This document shows positions 8,169 through 16,900 of a stretch of 64,000 nucleotides of DNA, piece after piece (the stretch's first letter is position 1; the number at the start of each line of letters is the position of its first letter). The position numbers and the translations under genes are program-made. This DNA comes from a virus. Below the pieces are notes generated by a model that saw only the letters and a list, made by a program, of their open reading frames with translations, searched no databases and was not told the origin of the DNA. Location of the stretch: positions 1-64,000 of IMG/VR virus record IMGVR_UViG_3300045988_073620; one strand, given 5' to 3'.

Positions 8169-9614
8169 TTAAATCGCGATCAGGTCTTTCCAGGTTGCGG
8201 GTCCGCATACGCCGTCTACGGCAAGAACCTCTTTTCTGGATTCCTGGTAGGCTTTGAGGGCATAGATGGTGTTAGCATCTGCTTTTCGGGTAAGTTTCAG
8301 GGCTTTTCCGGTTTTTCCCTTAAATCCTCTAGCTCTTAAAATCTCCTGAAGCAATAATACGGATGTGTTTTTGTCTCCTGATTTTACGGTTTCTGGTTCA
8401 AACATATATTTACCCCCTGTAGGTGTTGTCGGTTTAACTGCTGGTTTGTCGGTATCAGTAGTTAATGCAGTAAAGTCAATACCATTGCCCGTAAATCTCA
8501 AACGGTGAGTCCATCCGTGACTATACAGATACCACGGCTGAGTTCTGATCTCATTACCACTGTTGTCTTTTGTATCAGTGGTTCCTTCTGAACTTCTGGC
8601 ATGTACAATATTGTCTTTATTTATAGCCATTGCCACATGATGTGTAGTGTTGAGTTCCAGATCGCCTTTGATCATCTGCGCATGTGCTGTCTGATTTCTG
8701 GCCACGACCTCAAACCCGCAGTTTAACATTTTCAGCATATTGCCGGTGTAGCTACAATGTTCTTTCAGGTATCTCGCCTGTTGAGTCAGCCCGTTTTTCA
8801 TGAATGCGTAGTAATATGCTGTACACGCCAGACTTGAGCAGTCAAATGATTTAGGATCATCAATCTCATACAGGCTTCTGATTCTCTGGCTGTATCCATG
8901 GTCATTATCGTTTGCGATCTTCACTGCAAAGTCTACTGCATCATTTCGCACATTCTGAATGATCTGTTCTTTTGTCTTTGCCATTTCTGCGTCCCCTTTC
9001 TTTTCTTCATCCTTGTAATCTTTGTAAAATACATTCCGATCTACAGTTCCATTGATTCCAGGAATCTTGGCCTTGGAGCTGTACTGCCAGCCGACGCCGA
9101 AGTCTGGGCGGAGACGTTCCTGAAGCCATCCATCATCATTTGCCGGATAGCGTGCTATCCAGAAGTCATATTTTTTCAGATGGCTACAGATCACGTTCAT
9201 GTACCAGTCTACATTACAGTAGATGCCAAACTTATAGCCCGCTGCTGTAATGATCTTTTCAAAGGCTTCTGCCATCTTATGTATGCTTTCTGCTCCCAGG
9301 CTTCTCTGGCTGCTGTATTCCAGATCCAGCCATACGGGATGCTGCAACTTTCTTCCGTTCAGGACAGAAACTACTTTTCTGGCTTCACTCTGGATCTCTG
9401 CGATGGTCATCGCATACGAGTATTTATATACGCCTGTTGGAATATTGTATTTCTGGCATTCTGTATAGTTTCTTTCGAAATATTTATCCGTTACGTTTCT
9501 GGCTTCTGTGATCCGAAGGATAGCAAAGTCCATTCCGTAGGTTGCCACTGTCTTCCAGTCGATCTGTCCCTGCCAGGCAGAGACGTCTATTCCTTTGATT
9601 TCCAATTCACTCAC
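8169..9614 (-). CDS. endolysin: GH25 muramidase + NlpC/P60- or CHAP-like module + PG_binding_1 domain
   Basis: GIDVSAWQGQIDW...ILRITE is GH25-like, a Cys...His module sits in the middle, and the C-terminus ...LKAYQESRKEVLAVDGVCGPATWKDL resembles a peptidoglycan-binding domain. Confidence 0.9.
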   Translation of the reverse strand: MSELEIKGIDVSAWQGQIDWKTVATYGMDFAILRITEARNVTDKYFERNYTECQKYNIPTGVYKYSYAMTIAEIQSEARKVVSVLNGRKLQHPVWLDLEYSSQRSLGAESIHKMAEAFEKIITAAGYKFGIYCNVDWYMNVICSHLKKYDFWIARYPANDDGWLQERLRPDFGVGWQYSSKAKIPGINGTVDRNVFYKDYKDEEKKGDAEMAKTKEQIIQNVRNDAVDFAVKIANDNDHGYSQRIRSLYEIDDPKSFDCSSLACTAYYYAFMKNGLTQQARYLKEHCSYTGNMLKMLNCGFEVVARNQTAHAQMIKGDLELNTTHHVAMAINKDNIVHARSSEGTTDTKDNSGNEIRTQPWYLYSHGWTHRLRFTGNGIDFTALTTDTDKPAVKPTTPTGGKYMFEPETVKSGDKNTSVLLLQEILRARGFKGKTGKALKLTRKADANTIYALKAYQESRKEVLAVDGVCGPATWKDLIAI

Positions 9615-12600
9615 CTCTCTCCAATCTTTCTATCCTCTTAATAAGGCTATTAATAGTTTCTTGCTGGTCTTGGATTAGCTTCATCATTGCTGGAACCATA
9701 GTTCTGTAGTTCCAGTCTTCTACCTGGCCGGATTCGTTGAGCATTGCACCTTCTGGGAATGCATCATACACATCTTCTGCGTAGAATCCTGGAAGCGGTT
9801 TCCCTTCAAAACGGTCACCCGGTGCCAGATACCCTTTGTTATATTCGAACCACACGACCGGAATGTCTAAAAGTCTTTCAGCTTCACTCGAGGTCATATT
9901 TTTAACATGTTTCTTGTATCTTTTTGATGATGAACTTAATTTATAAACATAATTGTTGTACAAAATAAGTGTTGACCCTGATGCGTTACTTGCCAATCCA
10001 GAAATAGCAAACATTCCGCTTGGATCAATAAATCCCGAGCTATCTGTAATATTTTTACAGAACAAATGCAGTCCATATTTAATGTTACAAGCCGTATCTC
10101 CATCTTCACTTTGTGAAAACACTGCATTTCCAATCTTTATCCGTCCATCCGAATAAAGCCGTATATTACCACTCTTTGACTGTATGTAGTTTTCTTTAAT
10201 AGTCCACTGCGCAATTGATGCCGCAACCGCATATAAGTCCTCTACATTTAGCTTGTCTGCTGCTACAGTCTTTCCTTTGATGTATGTTCCATTAAGATAT
10301 AGTTTACCATCTACATAAGTCAGCAAATCACGAGTTCCGTTATTTGTCAAAAGGTTAAAGATCTGCTTTTCTGTCAGTTCTGTGTCATTGATTATTGGAA
10401 TTGTTACTGTTGCAAGTTGAGGATTACCCAGATTAATGCTTCTGAATATATACCTAATCGCCGTTACATCCGATGCAATTGTAGAAAGATACAAGGTATA
10501 CTGTCCATCATCTACATTCATATTCTTTATAGTGCTGAATGTAGAACCGTCTGTTGTCGTCTGAACAAGGATATTAGACTTTCGCAATGTTTTATTACTT
10601 CCCGAAACAACATAATTTTTGAAAAGTACAGTTTCCGGCACATAAGTTTCATCTGCGGTTCTCATTATTACAGTTGTATCCGTTTCAATAACATAAGTTG
10701 TAGCTGAATCTCCTTTATCTCCTTGCTTCCCTTGCTTTTGTTTTGCAATTGAAAACTGTTTTGTAATAGAAAATGTCTTATATTTTACAACAAAGTTCAC
10801 ATGTCCGGTATCAGCTGATAGTCCTGTAACGGTATATTTATGGTTCTTTTCATCCCAGGTTCCAGTAACGTTATCTTCGGTTATGGTATACGATGCATCA
10901 TTAGTTACATTTTCGACACCATACATAACCTGTACGGTTGTACTACATTTAGGAAATGTTGTGTAGTTTCCATCCGCATCCGTCACTATTGCTTGATATT
11001 CATTTGACAGTATTACATTCAGTGTGGTCAGCTTTTGAGCTTCTTCTATCGTTTTGTCCGCTATAGCTTCATCGAGTGTTTTATTGTCTGACAGAAAGAA
11101 AGCTGTCGGCTGGATAAACACTTGTCCTTTTTCGTTTATATAAAACGTTACGGTGCCATCCTCTGTTGAAACCCTGAGGTTTTTCGCATCAATAAACTTT
11201 CCAAGGAGCTTTCCGGTATTAATCCAATCCGCATTGATTCCAACCGCATTAAGGATTCTTACAATTGTATCGCCGTCAACAGTCATACCGCCGTTCCAAG
11301 TTTTTCCGCCGTCAGTAGATACTCCCCACGCTTCTGATGTCATTTTCCAAACAGCTTTCGATTCCGCAAGAGTTGGTTTATCGTGAAGATAAAATACTTC
11401 ACTGCCATCTTCCTGTTTTTCTATTGTTGTGTATACGCCAGTTGCGGCATCCATGCGTTTCCCAAACTCTTCAAGGGCTTTTTCTCTAGCTGTTTTTTCG
11501 GCTTTAATCATTTTCCGGGCTTCTACATAAGCCTGCGTTGATTGGCTGTATCGAGTACTACTATTTTTTGCTGCACTTTTGGCATTGCAAGCAATTTTTT
11601 GGCCATTACCAGGTTGCAAAGTGGTAGTTGTAATAAAAGATTTATAAACTTTACGGTTTCTGTCTACGATTATAACTACATCGCCTGCTTCCAACGAAAT
11701 ATTTGTAGGACATTCAGATTCAAATGGTCGAAATGACATCCCGACACATTTTTCGGCGATCATAGAAGCAACTTTTTTGCCTTCTCCTTTTTGAATCAAT
11801 TTGTTACCTGAAATGTCAAGCACATATCCTTTTAAACCAGCCATATATTTTTCTGGTTCTTCACCTACTGAATCGTTATATTCAGTGACAAGAACTCCTG
11901 TAATTACAACATCCGTATGCTGCGGGGTAAACCCATACGTAGAAGATACATTTGATACATTCCCTTTTCCGTCCACTGCATATAAACTTAAAGTCCCATC
12001 ATTTTCAAATAAAATACCATTTTCTGCTGTTAATGTTTCATCTTGGTTCGACATTTTAAGTACTATGTTGCTTTCGCTAGATGTTGTTAATACTCCGTTT
12101 TCATTAATAATTAATTTTTCTTCCACAATATCGTCAAACCAGCTTACGCACAATCTACCATATTCATCACATCTCATCCACTGGCATCCAATTTGAGCTA
12201 CCCATTGAAGAACCTGTCGAAATGTCAGCGCATCGTCGGAGGGTCTAGCCTTCACAATATAATCGTCATTGTCAAAATGAACTGTTTGTAATGTAACTCC
12301 ACATACTTCACAAGCATCTCTCACAATTTGTTCTCTAGTTGCAGGATATATAAGCTTGCTTTCCGAGTAATTGCGGTCAAACTTTCGCATATTATCTTCA
12401 CATGTAAGATCAATGCTGACTGTTTCATTCTCAGGCTGTTCTACTACAGTCGCAGTACATATTCGCGTTTTTTCTATTATGCCGTCATCAAGTTGTAGTC
12501 CAATATAACAAACAGCTTCTGCCCCTTCAAAATCATAATCGGAATACTGACCTTCAAAGTTATTAATACTCAACGTTAAAACATTAATAATCGCAGATCC

Positions 12601-12780
12601 AATATCAAAACTGCTATCCCCAGATACAGAATCCTCAAACGTCATTCCGTTTTGCCACAAATCGGCATTCGTCAAGTTTAATACAGTCCCATCAGTAAGA
12701 GTGATATCGGCATACTTGAGATAATGCACATCCATTCCATTTTTAACTTTTTCTTTCCACCTAGATGATAAATTTCTCAT
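9607..12780 (-). CDS. tail-associated/baseplate protein (Tal-like) with C-terminal intramolecular-chaperone (peptidase S74-type) domain
   Basis: Large size and position after the TMP and Dit-like genes. The C-terminus reads ...SSSSKRYKKHVKNM...DIPVVWFEY...NYRTMVPAMMKLIQDQQETI. Confidence 0.8.
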   Translation of the reverse strand: MRNLSSRWKEKVKNGMDVHYLKYADITLTDGTVLNLTNADLWQNGMTFEDSVSGDSSFDIGSAIINVLTLSINNFEGQYSDYDFEGAEAVCYIGLQLDDGIIEKTRICTATVVEQPENETVSIDLTCEDNMRKFDRNYSESKLIYPATREQIVRDACEVCGVTLQTVHFDNDDYIVKARPSDDALTFRQVLQWVAQIGCQWMRCDEYGRLCVSWFDDIVEEKLIINENGVLTTSSESNIVLKMSNQDETLTAENGILFENDGTLSLYAVDGKGNVSNVSSTYGFTPQHTDVVITGVLVTEYNDSVGEEPEKYMAGLKGYVLDISGNKLIQKGEGKKVASMIAEKCVGMSFRPFESECPTNISLEAGDVVIIVDRNRKVYKSFITTTTLQPGNGQKIACNAKSAAKNSSTRYSQSTQAYVEARKMIKAEKTAREKALEEFGKRMDAATGVYTTIEKQEDGSEVFYLHDKPTLAESKAVWKMTSEAWGVSTDGGKTWNGGMTVDGDTIVRILNAVGINADWINTGKLLGKFIDAKNLRVSTEDGTVTFYINEKGQVFIQPTAFFLSDNKTLDEAIADKTIEEAQKLTTLNVILSNEYQAIVTDADGNYTTFPKCSTTVQVMYGVENVTNDASYTITEDNVTGTWDEKNHKYTVTGLSADTGHVNFVVKYKTFSITKQFSIAKQKQGKQGDKGDSATTYVIETDTTVIMRTADETYVPETVLFKNYVVSGSNKTLRKSNILVQTTTDGSTFSTIKNMNVDDGQYTLYLSTIASDVTAIRYIFRSINLGNPQLATVTIPIINDTELTEKQIFNLLTNNGTRDLLTYVDGKLYLNGTYIKGKTVAADKLNVEDLYAVAASIAQWTIKENYIQSKSGNIRLYSDGRIKIGNAVFSQSEDGDTACNIKYGLHLFCKNITDSSGFIDPSGMFAISGLASNASGSTLILYNNYVYKLSSSSKRYKKHVKNMTSSEAERLLDIPVVWFEYNKGYLAPGDRFEGKPLPGFYAEDVYDAFPEGAMLNESGQVEDWNYRTMVPAMMKLIQDQQETINSLIKRIERLERGE

Positions 12781-12783
12781 GCC

Positions 12784-13146
12784 TTACCTCTCGATCACAT
12801 CAAAACTGATAGATTCTGTCCTCTGATTTCCGGCCCACCACCATTTGACTGGTGCACTTCTATCACCAACGTAAAACGTTCTTGTTTCATATGTTCCTGA
12901 CATCATGTCCGGGTATGTTATCTGTATGTATTCGGGATTAAATGCCTGTAATATTTTCGCAGTAGTTGCCCAGTCCTTGCCGTTCCACCGTAAAGATAAT
13001 TTTCTTTTTTGAGCCACCCTGTTTTTATGCATAATCGAATCATCAGACCTGCCTGATTTTGACGCTGATATATCATTTAACCCCCATGTATAAGCAGATG
13101 GACAGGGCATTGAAACATTGTCTACTTTTAAAAATATCTCTGCCAT
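12784..13146 (-). CDS. small distal-tail (Dit-like) protein
   Basis: Start at MAEIFLKV behind GAGG. It sits directly upstream of the Tal-like gene. Confidence 0.55.
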   Translation of the reverse strand: MAEIFLKVDNVSMPCPSAYTWGLNDISASKSGRSDDSIMHKNRVAQKRKLSLRWNGKDWATTAKILQAFNPEYIQITYPDMMSGTYETRTFYVGDRSAPVKWWWAGNQRTESISFDVIER

Positions 13147-13290
13147 GCTAAATACCTCATAAAAATAAAAACGCCCCATAAAGGACGTTTACATGCACAA
13201 AAATAGCGCCTATTGTTCTTACTCTGATAGACGCTTTATGATTTTTTATTTTATCACATACATGAAGTATGTTTCAGTATGAATAGTAAA
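13147..13290 (-). promoter_or_regulatory. late regulatory cassette copy 3
   Basis: TTCATACTGAAACATAC, then 13 nt, TAAAAT, hairpin AGCGTCTAT/ATAGGCGCT + ATTTTTGTGCATG, then a second hairpin with a T-run. The layout aligns with cassettes at 21877-21985 and 37568-37680. Confidence 0.65.
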
Positions 13291-13883
13291 GCAATTTGAA
13301 AGACTACGGAAAATTAATTCGAAAACATGATTTATGTTCCAGAATGTCCTTGTGCGTTCGAAATTTATGCTTAAAATCAATTTTTATCCTTTCAGCGAGG
13401 ATTTTATCGAATCAAACTTAAAATCGTTTTAAAAGCCAAATACGAGATCAAGTGATTTAGTAGGGGCAAATAAGCTCTTATTCGACGATTAATATATATC
13501 TCGTATATATATTAATTATATTCTTATTCTTATTCTTATTCTATTGCGTTACAGCGCGTTACACGTAACGTTATTGTAACGTTACATTAAGATATTATGT
13601 AAACAAAAATGCCTTGTTGACAGAATATTTGTTTATAAAAAATTTTATTTTTTAAAATAAACTAATTATTTCGAAATCAATGAAAATTACAGTTTACAAA
13701 TTATTCATAAATTAGTTTCGGTGTATTTACATTTTAGTACTACTAGTTCTGAATTTTTAGTGTTATTTTGCCAAATAAGGGATTATTCCATTTTTTTGAA
13801 AAATTATACTCTTATTTGCTGTTTTTTGTTTTAAATAAGAACAAAATAGTACAAATTGTACTGTCCCTTTTAACTTTAATCAT

Positions 13884-13943
13884 AAAAAAAGTGCGCCCCG
13901 ATCAGTGCCGAAATTCATTCAATCCGATACTTTTTCGGGGCGC
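13884..13943 (-). terminator. intrinsic terminator after the tape measure gene
   Basis: Stem GCGCCCCGA ... TCGGGGCGC followed by ACTTTTTTT on the minus strand. Confidence 0.7.
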
Positions 13944-13971
13944 TATTATATCATTTATAGCAATTGTTATA

Positions 13972-16900
13972 TCAATATGCCGGTGATGGATTCATACGAT
14001 ATTCTGTATTGCTTTGTGCTTTTGTGACAATTCGTGCCAGCTCACGTTCGTTGACCTTGATGCTGTTCATGATGTACTCTGGCGAAGATCCACCAAATCC
14101 ACCGTTGTTCATCATCGCAGTAACCACGCCACGTTCAACAGCTTCCATGATTTCTTCTTTGGTAAGTCCCATATTGCCGTCATATCCAGACATGATGCTG
14201 TCGGCAATGGATTTCATGGCTTTGCGATTTTCCAAAGGAAGAACGGCTTCCTGTCCTGCTTCACCGACACCAATGACAGACGCCTTTGTAAATACTCCAC
14301 CTGTTGCGTACCAATTTACGCCAGAATTCCATTTATATGAATGCTTGTTTCCGTTTACAGATGCGGTCATGTCCATATACATATGCGGCGTTTGGATATT
14401 AACAGACTTCATGCCATTTGCCAAGTTCTGCATTGCATTATATCCGATATCATACATATTACTGAAAGAATTGCGGATTGTATCAACAAAACTACCCAGT
14501 GCACTGCTTATATCACTATTCATCGTACCGGAAATATAATTAGATATGTCTCTTCCGATATTTTCCCATTTCACATAAGCGATGTTATATTGGCTTTCGA
14601 AATGGCTTCTGACAGATTTGTCCATATTGCCAAGTTCTGTGCTGACCGCCACCTTCATCTCTCTGGCCTTTACGGTTGCTTCTCGTGAAGAATTTCCCCA
14701 ATTCACAGACGTTGTGGTAGCGACATTTCCCATGTAAGTATCAGCTTGCTTTTGAATTTCTGCAAAGTCGTCAGTTGCATTTTTTGTCATTTCGCTTGTA
14801 GCTGTTTTGGTATCTTTTGATGCTTTTGCAACAGATGACGAAATAGTTTCCTGAGCCCCGACTATATTCTGCTCAACAGCCGTTTTGGTTGCAACAGCTG
14901 CATTCGGAAAATCTTCTTGTAATTTCTTATTAAGTTCATCAAGTGGAACACCTGCGTTTTTGAGAGAAGTGTAAACCGTGTCTAATGCATCTTTTGTGTT
15001 GCTATAAGGCACGTCACTTATTGCGTTCCATGCCGTTGTATAATTACCTCCGAATTCTGCAGAAGAAAGGCTCAATGCATACAGAGTATCTTTCAAATTA
15101 TCAACGCTGATCTTTGACGTATCAAATTTGCTTGCAGCTTCAGACACACCTTCCCCAAGAGCAGAGATTTGATCGGTCATACCCTCAACAAATTCAGCCG
15201 AAACACCCGCCTGTGCGCCATACTGCTCAAGAGCGGTTTTTGCCTGATCTGCTGAAACACCATATTCCTTTAGCTTTTCAACCATATCAGAATACATTTC
15301 ATCGTGGGTCTTTCCAAGCTCTTCGTCCTTTTCAATCAACTGCCATAATGCTTCTGATTGAGCATTTGTAAGATTTGCCACATCAGTCAACTGTGTTGCG
15401 TAATCATGCAGATAGCCGCCATATTGCGTAGTCATTCCATTTCCGCCTTGCATGGTTTCAAAGAGCCCAGCCAATTTTTTCGTTAGCAGAACAGCTCCGC
15501 CTACAGCAAGAGCAATTCCACCGCCTGTTGCCACAAGTGAGCCTAAAGATGTTCCGAGGGTCGGAATAGTAGTTTTTACTGCTTCTGTGATAGCCGGATT
15601 CAGCATATTTCTTACTGCTGTAGAAAGGTTTCCGAATACAGTATCGCCCGTAAAGAATTTAGTGATTGTATCTACCAGTGGCATTAATTTATTGCCGACT
15701 GCAAATACGGCTATAGCTTGAATGAACGTTCCTGCAGACGTAGTTCCAAGTCCATCCCAAATTCCACCAAGAACTTCACCTATAACAGTAAGTAATTGAG
15801 AAAGATGTTTTCCCCAATCAATTTCACTAAGAAATACGCCAATGTTGTGCCCGAATGATTCCCAATCAACACCTTCTGCAATGTCGATCAAAGAAGTGAG
15901 AAGGTTATCTATAAAGCTCTCAAGTTTCTGACCGTTCTCACGCCAATTAAATTCTTGCATAAATGTCACAATGCCAGTTGTGATATTGTTAACAAGATCA
16001 TCCCAATTGAAGTTATCGGTAAATGCCGCTAGTGAATCAAATGCACCATTCAAACCGGTTGCAAGCGCATGCGCGATTTCGCCAAAATCTACTTTTTCAA
16101 AAATACCATTTAAACCATTCGCAACAGCCTGACCGATTTCGTTATACGGAAGATTTTCTACAAATCCTGTAAACACATCCCATGCTTTCATGAAATTGTT
16201 TCCAAGCATGTTGCCCAAATTAGTCCATTCAACTTCGCGAATAAATCCTGTGACGCCTTCAGCAAATTTCTTTCCAAGGTTTTTGAAGTCTGTTCCTTCC
16301 AGAAGCTGATTTGCCATATTGACAATAGTATTTAATCCAGCACCAACAGTGCGTCCCATCAAATTCCAATTGATATTATCAACAAGGCTGTTGAAAGTCT
16401 GGGTGAATGCACTGGTGAATTTAGTGATGTAAGGGCCTACTTTGTTCCAGTTAATAGCATCATAGAGTTTTTGCATACCCCAGTTGATGCCATCAGCCAT
16501 GATTTTTCCAAGACCTTTCCAGTCTTTTCTCTTAAAGGCATTTACAATGGCATCCGCCATTTTATTTGCCCTGTTGGACATCTTTTTAAAAGCTTCATCC
16601 CATGCTTTTTGATATGCAGACAAAGCATCATCTAATGCAGCATCAAGTGCTCCTATATGTCCTAACCCACCATTTCCAGAACCGGAAGAAGGATTACTTG
16701 TACTACCAGAATCAGAATTGTCATTAAGCTGATTCAGTTCATCAAATGAAAGAACTGACAATGTTTTTTCGAGTTTTTTGGCATTCTTATTTGCAGTATC
16801 AATAGAATCACTGGCATTATCCATATCATCTGCAATGTTACTTGTATCTACAGAAATACCGCCAGTAGATGATACAAAGTTTGACAGTTTGATTCCAAGC

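Noticed and set aside
8898-9641. 247-aa plus-strand ORF
   Set aside because: It is antisense to the endolysin, which has clear GH25 and PG-binding motifs.
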